Part shown: one piece after another, positions 8,872-18,698 of the stretch | Numbering within the stretch: the first letter of the stretch is position 1 | Layout: every line of letters begins with the position of its first letter | DNA from: a bacterium | Lineage (GTDB): Bacteria; Zhuqueibacterota; Zhuqueibacteria; Residuimicrobiales; Krinioviventaceae | Direction: 5' to 3' | Assembly (NCBI GenBank): GCA_963674595.2 | Contig: CAXXFV010000023.1 | Coordinates: 416,001-480,000 of the forward strand | DNA length: 64,000 nucleotides | Made by a program: the position numbers and the translations under genes | Notes under the pieces: generated by a model | Told to the model about the DNA's origin: nothing | Databases searched by the model: none | Seen by the model: the letters and a program-made list of their open reading frames with translations, nothing else

Positions 8872-9633
8872 ATGGAAAAACAGGCACGAATTAAATATAT
8901 TTTACAAGTCATTGATAAAAAGGGTCGTATTGCTATTGATGATATTGTGGCAAGGTGTAATATCTCTCAGATAACAGCCCGGAGAGACCTTGAACAGCTT
9001 GCCGGTAAAGGGTATATCATCCGTACGCATGGCGGCGCTATAAAAGACGAGTCGTTTTCACATTTGTTCAGTTTTGTCCGCAGAATGGACAGCAAAAGCG
9101 ATAAAAAAATGGCAATCAGCAAATATGCTGCTCAGTTTATTAATGATAATGAAACAATATTTTTGGACTGCGGGACAACAATCTTTAATCTCTGTCATTT
9201 TATCAACAAAAAGAATAACCTTCAAGTTATAACCAATTCATTATCTGTTGCTTCGGAATTGGCCAAGTATCCGCAAATTAAAGTTACTATGATCGGGGGG
9301 GATATTTTACCGGAACGACGGGCTGCCTATGGATTGACGGCCTGGAACCAGATTAATCAGTATCATGCGGATAAAGCGTTTATCGGTACAAATGGACTTT
9401 CGCTGACCGGTGGTTTCAGCTCCTATGATGATTCTGAAGCACAGGTTGTTTTGGCGATGGCCGGCGCCGCTGAACAGGTTTATATGTTGTGTGATTCGTC
9501 TAAAATAGAAAATGATTCGGTTTATAAATTTGCCCCTATTACGTTGGCAGATTATATTATCACGGATAAAGATTTGGCCCCGGATATTGTTAGTAAATAT
9601 AAAGAAAATAATGTGAATATAATAACCGCGTAA
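8872..9633 (+). CDS. DeoR/GlpR family transcriptional regulator
   Basis: HTH SQITARRDL, RTHGGA, IFLDCGTT, VITNS, DSSK. Confidence 0.95.
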   Translation: MEKQARIKYILQVIDKKGRIAIDDIVARCNISQITARRDLEQLAGKGYIIRTHGGAIKDESFSHLFSFVRRMDSKSDKKMAISKYAAQFINDNETIFLDCGTTIFNLCHFINKKNNLQVITNSLSVASELAKYPQIKVTMIGGDILPERRAAYGLTAWNQINQYHADKAFIGTNGLSLTGGFSSYDDSEAQVVLAMAGAAEQVYMLCDSSKIENDSVYKFAPITLADYIITDKDLAPDIVSKYKENNVNIITA

Positions 9634-9678
9634 TACCTGAATTTAACGGTTTTTTTGATAAAAAACGGGAAACTGATT

Positions 9679-11133
9679 ATGAAAGTAAATTGTATAAAAT
9701 TTTTGTTCGCTGTTTTGGTATTTACCTGTTTACCGCTATCTGCACAAGATACTGCTGTTCTTGAATTAAATAACAACAGAGAGTTGTTTGTTGACTATTA
9801 CTTGATCGACAAACTGGATAATCTTGAACTGACTTTGCAAAAGCCGATTGATGAAGGTCCGGTTATATATTTTGATAAACCCTGGGAAGGTGAGTTTAGT
9901 CTCTATACAACCATTATCCAAGATGGTGATACGTATAAAATGTATTACCGGGGTTTGCCGGATGTTCTTAAAGATTATGCAGACAGAGAGCTTACCTGCT
10001 ATGCCGAATCATCTGATGGTATTCACTGGGAAAAGCCGAATTTGAATTTGTATAAAGTTAATAGTACATTTGAAAACAATGTCGTTTTCATTGACTCTCA
10101 ACGTACAAACCATAATTTTTGTCCGATGTTGGATACAAACCCAAATGTTAAAGAGAGTGAGCGATATAAAGCCATAGGCGGCACTTATAACCATGGATTA
10201 TTTGCTTTTGCTTCTCCTGACGGAATCCATTGGAAAAGAATGCAACAAGAAGCAGTTTTTAAAAACGGCAAGTTTGATTCTCAGAATGTTGCATTCTGGT
10301 CGGAAAGTGAGGAATGTTATGTGCTCTATTTTCGGACCTGGTCCGGCGGCGAATTTGATGGTTTTCGTAGTGTCAGCAGAACAACATCTAAAGACTTTAT
10401 AAATTGGACGGAACCTGTTGCCATGACGTTTGGCGACACACCGATGGAACATTTATACACACACCAGACCCATCCCTATTATCGGGCACCGCGTATTTAT
10501 ATAGCGATAGGAGCGCGATTTATGCCCGGACGTCAGGTATTAACGGAACAGCAGGCAAAAGATTTTAATGTGAATCCCAAATATTACAAAGACTGCTCAG
10601 ACGCGGTATTGATGAGTTCCCGTGGTGGAAATGTTTATGACCGTACTTTTATGCAGTCTTTTATTCGTCCGGGAATTGGCCTTGAAAACTGGGTGTCCCG
10701 TACAAATTATCCGGCATTAAATGTTGTACAAACAAGTCCTGAGGAAATGTCCGTTTATGTGAATCATAATTATGCGCAGCCAACGACCCATTTGCGCCGT
10801 TATTCCATGAGAATTGATGGATTTGCAGCATTGTCCGCTGACTTTGAAAAAGGTGAAATGGTTACAAAACCTTTTACTTTTAAAGGAAACAAACTGGTTA
10901 TAAATTATTCCACATCGGCGGCCGGTGAAATTAAAGTTGAAATACAGGACCAAAACGGCGTTGCTGTGCCCGGTTATACCCTGGACCAGTCACAAACAAT
11001 TATTGGAAATGAAATAGAGCGTACGGTCTCATGGGAAAAGGGCAGTAATGTACAGGAATTAAGTGGAAAGCCGATTCGGCTATGTTTTGTATTAAAGGAT
11101 GCAGATTTGTATTCTTGTCAGTTTAAAGAATAA
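9679..11133 (+). CDS. Exported GH32/GH43-like beta-propeller hypothetical protein (paralog 1)
   Basis: Signal peptide, RELFVD, SxDGIHW repeats, FDSQN, RIDGF and a C-terminal beta-sandwich-like region. ATG 9679 preferred over TTG 9655. Confidence 0.65.
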   Translation: MKVNCIKFLFAVLVFTCLPLSAQDTAVLELNNNRELFVDYYLIDKLDNLELTLQKPIDEGPVIYFDKPWEGEFSLYTTIIQDGDTYKMYYRGLPDVLKDYADRELTCYAESSDGIHWEKPNLNLYKVNSTFENNVVFIDSQRTNHNFCPMLDTNPNVKESERYKAIGGTYNHGLFAFASPDGIHWKRMQQEAVFKNGKFDSQNVAFWSESEECYVLYFRTWSGGEFDGFRSVSRTTSKDFINWTEPVAMTFGDTPMEHLYTHQTHPYYRAPRIYIAIGARFMPGRQVLTEQQAKDFNVNPKYYKDCSDAVLMSSRGGNVYDRTFMQSFIRPGIGLENWVSRTNYPALNVVQTSPEEMSVYVNHNYAQPTTHLRRYSMRIDGFAALSADFEKGEMVTKPFTFKGNKLVINYSTSAAGEIKVEIQDQNGVAVPGYTLDQSQTIIGNEIERTVSWEKGSNVQELSGKPIRLCFVLKDADLYSCQFKE

Positions 11134-11157
11134 TATATTTTAATTAAGGAGTAACAA

Positions 11158-12525
11158 ATGAATAAAGATTGGTGGAAGGAAAGCGCACAAGGAATTCCCC
11201 ATATCGTTACCGAATTACCCGGACCAAAGTCCAATAGTTTGTCTGAAAAGGGGGCCCGTTACATCCGGGGACTGAGTTCTCAGGTGCAATTGTTCCCTGT
11301 TTGTTTTGACAAAGGTTTTGGTGTTACCTTGACAGACGTTGACGGCAATACGTTTCTGGATTTTTCATCAGGAATATATGTGACGTCACTCGGACATTGC
11401 CATCCGAAAATATCAGACGCTGTTGCCCACTGGGCAAAACGACTGATGAATTGTCACGATTTTACCACACCGGTTAAAGAAAAACTGGTTTCAAAAATGG
11501 CTGATATCCTTCCGGGAAATTTAAACGGCATTCAGTTATACAGCGATGGTGCAACAGCGGTTGAAGCCGGCTTAAGAGCCGCCAGGGTTATTTCCGGAAA
11601 ACACGAGTTTATATCCTGTTTTCGTGATTTTCATGGTAAGACAATGGGAGCTGTGAGTTGTGCCCGAATGTCGCGCGGTGAGGTGTTGTCCTATGCACCC
11701 ACACGTGTTGCCGGATTTTATATGGTCCCAAGACCTGATCCCTACCGTCCTTTGTTTAAAAAACAGGATGGTACGATTGATACGGATGCTTATATTGATT
11801 TTTATAAAGAATTTATTAGAGAAGGCACTGTCGGCAATGTTGCCGCATTTGTTTTGGAACCTGCACAGGGTTGGGCCGGCTCCATTTTTCCGCCGGATGA
11901 TTTTTTTCCGAAATTAAGGAAACTATGTGACGAGTTGAATATTTTATTCTTCGGCGATGAAGTCCTTACCGGAATGGGGCGCACCGGAGAGTTGCTGTGT
12001 CTGAATCATTGGGAGACGATTCCGGACATTGTTACTTTTGGTAAATCTTTTGGTAACGGGTTCCCGGTTACCGCGATGGTCGTTAAGGAAGAGTATGCCG
12101 AGGCTTTGGACCAGATTTCCGCGTCATCCAGTTATGGAGGAAACCCAATGGCCTGTGCCGCAGCGTTGGCTTCACTTGAAGTTATTGAAGAAGAAAATCT
12201 TTTAGAGAATACACGACTTGTCGGCGAAAGCATGATGAAACGAATGAAAAAAATGCAGCAGGAGCACCCGATTGTGGGTGATGTCAAGGGCAAAGGTTTG
12301 CTGCTGGGTATAGAACTGGTTAAAGATAAAGGAACCAAGGAACCTTTTGACGAAGCAGGCAAACTGGTCTATCAAAAAGCTTTTTCTAAAGGACTCGCCT
12401 GGATCCCTGCCGGACATATTTTGAGAATGTCGCCGCCTTTGATTATCGATGAAAAACACGCGATGCTCGGCTTGGACATGATAGAAGAAGCCATCGCCGA
12501 AGTTGAAAAACAATTTGGATATTAA
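11158..12525 (+). CDS. Class III PLP aminotransferase (GabT-like)
   Basis: DVDGNTFLDF, FHGKT, DEVLTGMGRTG, FGK (PLP lysine), YGGNP. Confidence 0.92.
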   Translation: MNKDWWKESAQGIPHIVTELPGPKSNSLSEKGARYIRGLSSQVQLFPVCFDKGFGVTLTDVDGNTFLDFSSGIYVTSLGHCHPKISDAVAHWAKRLMNCHDFTTPVKEKLVSKMADILPGNLNGIQLYSDGATAVEAGLRAARVISGKHEFISCFRDFHGKTMGAVSCARMSRGEVLSYAPTRVAGFYMVPRPDPYRPLFKKQDGTIDTDAYIDFYKEFIREGTVGNVAAFVLEPAQGWAGSIFPPDDFFPKLRKLCDELNILFFGDEVLTGMGRTGELLCLNHWETIPDIVTFGKSFGNGFPVTAMVVKEEYAEALDQISASSSYGGNPMACAAALASLEVIEEENLLENTRLVGESMMKRMKKMQQEHPIVGDVKGKGLLLGIELVKDKGTKEPFDEAGKLVYQKAFSKGLAWIPAGHILRMSPPLIIDEKHAMLGLDMIEEAIAEVEKQFGY

Positions 12526-12526
12526 A

Positions 12527-13669
12527 ATGAATAAAGTAAAAGTAGGTATTATCGGCCTGGGTTTAATGGGCCGGGAATTTGCCAGCAGTGTCGGCCGGTG
12601 GTGCCATGTGCTGGATTTTCCCATAAAACCTGAAATTGTTTCCATTTGTGATGTTAATCCGGATTTGTTTCCGTGGTATTTGGAAAATTTTCCTTCTATT
12701 AAACAGCACACTACGGATTATCAGGAATTGTTGAACAACCCACAGGTTGAAATGGTTTTTTGCGCCGTACCCCATAATCTTCATGAGGAAATTTATATTA
12801 ATATCCTCAAAGCCGGAAAACATTTAATGGGCGAAAAGCCTTTTGGTATTGACAAAAAAGCCAACACCCGAATTTTGGAAGAGATTGAAAAACATCCGGA
12901 ATGTTTTGTACGCTGTACATCCGAATTTCCCTATTTTCCGGCAGTTCAGCGAATGTGTAGTATGATTGAGAACAAAAAATTCGGCCAGATTATCGAAGTG
13001 AACGGCGGATTCAAACACTCCAGTGATTTGGACCCAGATAAATCCATTAACTGGAAACGCATCATTTCTATAAACGGTGAATACGGGTGTATGGGCGATC
13101 TGGGTATGCACGTTTGCCATGTTCCGTTTCGGGCCGGCTGGAAGATATTAAATGTACGGACCATTCTTTCAAATATTGTAAAAACCAGACCCGGTAAAAA
13201 CGGAAACGTCCCCTGTGAAACCTGGGACAATGCTACGCTGTTTTGCGAGGCAGTTGAGGAAGAATCTTCCAAGGACACTTTTCCGATGACGTTTAAAATG
13301 CAGCGCATTGCTCCGGGTGAAAAAAATACCTGGTATATTGAAATTCTGGGCACAAAGGCGTGTGCCAGGTTTTCAACCAAAAACCCCAAGTTGCTTCAGG
13401 TTTTGGAATATAACGGCGGTGAGCAGATTTGGCAGAATATTGATATGGGCCAGGAAACAGCCTTTAAAACCATTACCGGCGGTATTTTTGAATTTGGTTT
13501 TACAGATGCCATTTTGCAAATGTGGGCGGCATTTATCGATGAATTTTATCATAAAAAACCAAAAAGCAAATTTGCCCAGTGCGTAACACCGGAAGAGACG
13601 GCGATGAGCCATGAATTGTTTACGGCCGCGCTTGAATCTCATCATCAGCAAAAAACAGTTACGCTTTAA
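12527..13669 (+). CDS. Gfo/Idh/MocA family oxidoreductase
   Basis: GIIGLGLMG, GEKP, DLGMH; ATG 1 nt after the upstream stop. Confidence 0.9.
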   Translation: MNKVKVGIIGLGLMGREFASSVGRWCHVLDFPIKPEIVSICDVNPDLFPWYLENFPSIKQHTTDYQELLNNPQVEMVFCAVPHNLHEEIYINILKAGKHLMGEKPFGIDKKANTRILEEIEKHPECFVRCTSEFPYFPAVQRMCSMIENKKFGQIIEVNGGFKHSSDLDPDKSINWKRIISINGEYGCMGDLGMHVCHVPFRAGWKILNVRTILSNIVKTRPGKNGNVPCETWDNATLFCEAVEEESSKDTFPMTFKMQRIAPGEKNTWYIEILGTKACARFSTKNPKLLQVLEYNGGEQIWQNIDMGQETAFKTITGGIFEFGFTDAILQMWAAFIDEFYHKKPKSKFAQCVTPEETAMSHELFTAALESHHQQKTVTL

Positions 13670-13702
13670 AATAATAACAAATTTATTTCGTGAGAAAAAA
13701 AT

Positions 13703-14869
13703 ATGTTTTCCATTAAAGGAAAAATAGTCACACCTGACCGTATTGTTGACGGCTATGTAAACGTAAATCAGGACCGCATTTCGGATGTGACTGAAGAAAA
13801 GCCTGCCTTTGAAACGGTTTACGACTTTGGGCAATATCTTGTCCTGCCGGGATTTGTTGATATTCATCTGCATGGTATCGGTAATTATGATACCGTGGAT
13901 GCAGCAAATCTGGCCGGTATGGCAAAATTACAGCCGCAATACGGTACGACCAGCTTTCTGCCGACAGCCGCTGCCATGTCCAAACAACAGTATGCGGATT
14001 TGGGAAAGGACGCCCGGACCGCCATTGCCACAGTAGGAGGTGACGGCGCTAAAATTCAGGGGATCCATTTGGAAGGACCGTTTATCAATCCAAAGAGCTC
14101 CGGGGCCATGGCCCACTCCACCAGAAGGCCCATTGAGCAGGACGAGGCGGAATATTATATTGAACAGATAGGAGATTTGCTCAGGATTTTAACCTTTTCT
14201 CCTGAACTGGAAAACGGTCTTTATTTAACAGAAACTTTAAAAAAACACAATATTGTTGCATCACTCGGTCATTCGGTTGCGGAGCCACACCAGTTGCCTT
14301 CTTTAGTCGAGGCCGGGCTGAGCCATGTGGTGCACATGTTTAATGCGTTTGTTTCGTCCGGTGAAAAAGAACAGGGCGTGCTCAAGGCCGGTTTACTGGA
14401 ACACATTTTGTTAAATGATAAACTTACCTGTGAATTTATTTGCGACACCCACCATGTTGCACCGGAATATTTGACAATTGCATCCCGCGTACTTGGGCCG
14501 GACCGCTTTGTGGCTATTACCGACAGTCTGCCCGGCGCCGGTTTTCTGGATGGAATTTTTCAGTTCCCGAATGGCAGTGAGTTTAAAATTGAAAATGGTG
14601 TCGCCCGTCTCTATGGTGGTGAACAGGGCGGGTGCCTGTGCGGCAGCGTATTAACAATGAACCGGGCATTTTTTAATTTGATTAATATTTGTCAGATTGA
14701 TACGGTCCTTGCCGCCAGATATACGAGTTTAAATGCCGCCAGAGTAATTGGAATGGATGATCAAATTGGTTCAATTGAGCCGGGAAAATGTGCTGATATT
14801 ACTGTGTTAAATTCTGATTACGAATGTATTGCTACATTTGTTAATGGTAAATTGGTTTATAAAAATTAG
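13703..14869 (+). CDS. nagA: N-acetylglucosamine-6-phosphate deacetylase-like amidohydrolase
   Basis: PGFVDIHLHG, HLEGPF, GHS, HMFNA, ITDS, GSIEPGKCAD. Confidence 0.8.
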   Translation: MFSIKGKIVTPDRIVDGYVNVNQDRISDVTEEKPAFETVYDFGQYLVLPGFVDIHLHGIGNYDTVDAANLAGMAKLQPQYGTTSFLPTAAAMSKQQYADLGKDARTAIATVGGDGAKIQGIHLEGPFINPKSSGAMAHSTRRPIEQDEAEYYIEQIGDLLRILTFSPELENGLYLTETLKKHNIVASLGHSVAEPHQLPSLVEAGLSHVVHMFNAFVSSGEKEQGVLKAGLLEHILLNDKLTCEFICDTHHVAPEYLTIASRVLGPDRFVAITDSLPGAGFLDGIFQFPNGSEFKIENGVARLYGGEQGGCLCGSVLTMNRAFFNLINICQIDTVLAARYTSLNAARVIGMDDQIGSIEPGKCADITVLNSDYECIATFVNGKLVYKN

Positions 14870-14885
14870 TTTTGGGAGAAATATA

Positions 14886-15821
14886 ATGTCCACATCATTT
14901 GAATACAGTCCTTCAAAATGGGTTCCGTTTCGGGACAAAGATGTTTTGGATAAAGTCCGTAAAATCGATAAAAGTGAACTCACCAAACATGCAAATCCAA
15001 AGTTCCAAATTCGAATCGTCAAAGACGACATGGCCGAGATTGAATTTGTAACCGACATGTTTTGGCGGATTAAACAAGCTGCCGATGCTGATCAGCAAGT
15101 TGTTTTGATATTGCCAAATCCGAATCCATCATATAAAAAAGTTGCCTGTTTGATCAACAAGTTTCGGGTTAATTGCAAAAAACTGGTTGTTTTTGCCATG
15201 GACGAATATGCCGATGAAAATGGTGTCATTGCCCCTGAAGAGTGGCCCCAGGGATTTATGCAGGCATTGAAAAAGTATTTTTATTACCAAATTGATAAAG
15301 ATTTGCGTCCACCTGAAAGTCAGTTTCATGGTCCGAATAATAAAAATATAAATGATTACAGCCAAATGATCCTCGACCATGGCGGCGCTGATATGTGTTA
15401 CAGCGGACCGGGCTGGACGGGTCACCTGGCGTTTATCGAACCCGATGCACCTGAATTTGACGCCCCTTTGGAAGAGTGGAAGACCATGGGAGCGCGTATC
15501 GTGACGTTGAGTCCCTTTACCCTGGCCCAAAATTCTTTGCATGGCAGTTTCGGCATGAGCGGTGATCTGGCCATTGTTCCGCCAAAAGCCGCCACCATAG
15601 GCCCGGCCGATGTCATCGCTTCCAAAGCGCGTATGGAAATACATGCTTTGAGTGTACATAACACCACAACAGCCTGGCAGCGTCTTATTTCGCGTCTGGT
15701 TTTACATGGCCCGGTGACACCTTTGGTCCCTTCATCCATACATCAGATTTTGGAAACCAATTGTATTGTGTCGGAAACCATAGCCCAAAACATTGAAGTT
15801 AATTGGGACAAGGGATATTAA
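14886..15821 (+). CDS. NagB-like (glucosamine-6-phosphate isomerase fold) protein, divergent
   Basis: MDEY and GxGxxGHLAFxEP motifs; ATG at 14886. Confidence 0.75.
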   Translation: MSTSFEYSPSKWVPFRDKDVLDKVRKIDKSELTKHANPKFQIRIVKDDMAEIEFVTDMFWRIKQAADADQQVVLILPNPNPSYKKVACLINKFRVNCKKLVVFAMDEYADENGVIAPEEWPQGFMQALKKYFYYQIDKDLRPPESQFHGPNNKNINDYSQMILDHGGADMCYSGPGWTGHLAFIEPDAPEFDAPLEEWKTMGARIVTLSPFTLAQNSLHGSFGMSGDLAIVPPKAATIGPADVIASKARMEIHALSVHNTTTAWQRLISRLVLHGPVTPLVPSSIHQILETNCIVSETIAQNIEVNWDKGY

Positions 15822-15822
15822 T

Positions 15823-17139
15823 ATGCAAAACAACCTTTTTGCAGGTGCGGCTGTTGTTGACAGCAGTCCAAAGGATTCCCAGTTTTTATACGGGTATCCC
15901 CATGTTGAACGTTACAGCACCGGAATTCATGATCCCTTGTTCAGTTCTGCTCTTTATCTTTCCGACGGGCAGACCAAAATTATGTTTATTGCCAATGATA
16001 TCATCTTTGTCAGTAAAGAAATGACAGCCTATGTTCGCAATCAGATAAATGAACACACCGGCATTCCTGCGCAAAATATTTTGATATCCGCCACGCATAC
16101 CCATTCTGGTCCTATAACCGTCAACTATGTAAGCAATTCAAGTGATCCTGTGGTTCCCAAAGCAGATATTGAATACATTCGGTATCTTACCGAATGTATG
16201 ATAGAAGCCGCTTTAAAAGCCTTTAGCCGTGCTCAGCCTGCAAGGGTTGGACTGGGCCTGGCTGACAGTACCGGTGTTGGTACCAATCGGCATGATCCAC
16301 AAGGATTGTCCAATCATCAGGTACCGGTCCTGATGGTAAAATCTGCAAAAAAAGAGGCAAACATTGCCTGCATGCTTGTCGGCTCTATGCACCCGACTGT
16401 TTTGCATGAAGATTCTACCCTGGTTTCAGCCGATTTTCCCGGATTTGCACGAAAATATTTGCAGCAGCAAGCGCTGGGTTTAGAGTGTCCGGTGCTTTAT
16501 CATACCGGGCCTTGTGGTGATCAGAGTCCGAGACATGTTACTCATGGAAATACATTTTCCGAAGCAGAAAGATTGGGAAATATCCTGGGCGCATCGGTAT
16601 TAAAGATCATTTCCAATATCGAATATCAATCAGATATTTCTTTACAATGTTTTCAAAGAGAAATTGACCTGCCGAAAAAATCTTTTCCAAATGTACAAAT
16701 CGCTGAAAATCAGTTGAAAAACGCTGTGGAAAAACTGGAGCAACTGCGCTCCGACAATGCAAAATGGCAGGACATCCGGACCGCAGAATGTGACTGGTTT
16801 GGGGCCGAAGAAACACTGACATTGGCCAAAGCCGTAGAAAAACAGGAAATAAATGATTATTATAAATCCTGTTTACCTGCTGAGATTCAATTGTTAAAAA
16901 TCGGGCCCTGGAATTTTTTCGGCTGGCCCGGAGAAATTTTTACTGAATATGCTCTTTTGCTAAAAAAGAAGGTGGAAAATAGTTTTGTAATCTCTCTTGC
17001 TAATGGTGAACTACAGGGGTATATTACTACTCAGGAGGCTGCCGATAACGGATGGTATGAAGGTTCAAATGCTTTGTTTCATGCCAAAAGCGGTCAGCTT
17101 TTGGTGGACGAGTCTGTAAAATTGTTTGGGCAGATATAA
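15823..17139 (+). CDS. Neutral/alkaline ceramidase-like amidase
   Basis: GIHDPL, SATHTHSGP, NR, HPT, SADFPG, PGEIF. Confidence 0.8.
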   Translation: MQNNLFAGAAVVDSSPKDSQFLYGYPHVERYSTGIHDPLFSSALYLSDGQTKIMFIANDIIFVSKEMTAYVRNQINEHTGIPAQNILISATHTHSGPITVNYVSNSSDPVVPKADIEYIRYLTECMIEAALKAFSRAQPARVGLGLADSTGVGTNRHDPQGLSNHQVPVLMVKSAKKEANIACMLVGSMHPTVLHEDSTLVSADFPGFARKYLQQQALGLECPVLYHTGPCGDQSPRHVTHGNTFSEAERLGNILGASVLKIISNIEYQSDISLQCFQREIDLPKKSFPNVQIAENQLKNAVEKLEQLRSDNAKWQDIRTAECDWFGAEETLTLAKAVEKQEINDYYKSCLPAEIQLLKIGPWNFFGWPGEIFTEYALLLKKKVENSFVISLANGELQGYITTQEAADNGWYEGSNALFHAKSGQLLVDESVKLFGQI

Positions 17140-17192
17140 ATGTAAAAATCGATATAAATATTTTAATAGAAAATGAACATGTAGCGTGATAT

Positions 17193-18614
17193 ATGGATTA
17201 TGTTCTAGGCGTCGATCTTGGCACCAGTTATTTTAAACTGGGCCTCTTAAATAAACAGGGGGATTTGTGCGGATTTTCACGCATTTTTGTCCCCAAAGAC
17301 ACAGGTGACGGGACCCGAAGTGAGGTGCCGGTGGACCATTTTTGGCAAGTCCTGAAAAAGGGACTGCAAGACGCCTGTGTTCAGGCCCAAACAACGCCGT
17401 CCCGGATTAAAGCGGTTAGCTATTCTTCTCAGGCAAACTCTTTTGTTCTGCTGGACAAAAATAAAAGCCCATTAACGCCCATAATTTTATGGTGCGATAA
17501 CCGAGCTGAAAATGCTGATCTGTGCAAGGACGTTTTTAATAATGATGGATTTTTGGATATTACCGGTCTGGGGATAGGCTGCTCGCATCAATTTTGCATT
17601 TCAAAGCTGCTCTGGTTTCAACAGCTACAACCTGACTTGTGGTCTCAGGTTGATCATGTTATGACAATTTCCGATTATTTTACATATTGTATGACAGGAC
17701 AGACAGTGGGAGACGCCAGCACGGCTTCTTTGCTGGGTCTGTTAAACATTCATAACCTGCAATGGCAAAAAGATTTTTTCCCCTTTGAACATATCCATCT
17801 TTCAACACCGTTGCGGCCGGGCACCTGCGCCGGATCTGTTGTAAAAAATGGCACTGAGCTTTTTGGACTGCCGCCGGACATTCCCTTTGTCGTCGGCAGT
17901 CTGGACCATCTAATGGGCGCAGTCGGGGCCGGGGCCGGTTCTATTGCTGATATGAGCGAATCCACCGGAACGGTTTTGGCCTGCTTGAAACTTTCTTCCC
18001 ATTATCATCCCCTTGAAAATACAAGTACGGGGCCAGGATTTACAGAAAATCAATATTATCAACTGGCATTTAATGATAACGGAGCGGTTGGTCTGGAATG
18101 GTATCAAAATAAATTTTCGGATAAAGAAACCTTTCATCAGTTCGTGCAGTCGGCCCGGGATATTAATGTCGGCAGCAACGGACTTGTCGCCAAACCGGGT
18201 TTCCATTTATACAAAGGAATGGAAGGTTTTGATAATTGTTCTCTTTTGCATGAAAAAGGTCATTTCACACGCGCAATTTTAGAATTAACGGCGTTAAGCT
18301 TGTTTCAACTTGTAAACATATTATCTCCCGGCTCTTTGCCTCAACGAATTGCTGCCACCGGCGGTGGCGCTAAAAGTGAAATATGGCTGCAAATAAAAGC
18401 CGATCTTTTAGGGATTGAATTTATAACAACACAAGCACAGGCACCGGCGTGTACGGGGGCTGCCATGTATGCTTCTCTTGCGGCCGGCTGGTTTGCAGAT
18501 ATTGAAGCAGTTTCTGCAAAGTGGATTAAAATTAAAAATATATTCAAACCGATAGAACGTAACCACGAAAAATATCAAGAGTGGTATAACGCTGTGACAT
18601 CGAATCAGGTATAG
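17193..18614 (+). CDS. FGGY-family carbohydrate kinase
   Basis: GVDLGTS, ILWCDNR, ESTGT, TGGGAKSEIWLQIKAD. Confidence 0.9.
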   Translation: MDYVLGVDLGTSYFKLGLLNKQGDLCGFSRIFVPKDTGDGTRSEVPVDHFWQVLKKGLQDACVQAQTTPSRIKAVSYSSQANSFVLLDKNKSPLTPIILWCDNRAENADLCKDVFNNDGFLDITGLGIGCSHQFCISKLLWFQQLQPDLWSQVDHVMTISDYFTYCMTGQTVGDASTASLLGLLNIHNLQWQKDFFPFEHIHLSTPLRPGTCAGSVVKNGTELFGLPPDIPFVVGSLDHLMGAVGAGAGSIADMSESTGTVLACLKLSSHYHPLENTSTGPGFTENQYYQLAFNDNGAVGLEWYQNKFSDKETFHQFVQSARDINVGSNGLVAKPGFHLYKGMEGFDNCSLLHEKGHFTRAILELTALSLFQLVNILSPGSLPQRIAATGGGAKSEIWLQIKADLLGIEFITTQAQAPACTGAAMYASLAAGWFADIEAVSAKWIKIKNIFKPIERNHEKYQEWYNAVTSNQV

Positions 18615-18698
18615 AACATAATCATTGTAATGAGAAAAAATGGTACAGATCAAATAAATACGATTACTAATAATGAACCTCAAACCAGGAGCCGCTAA

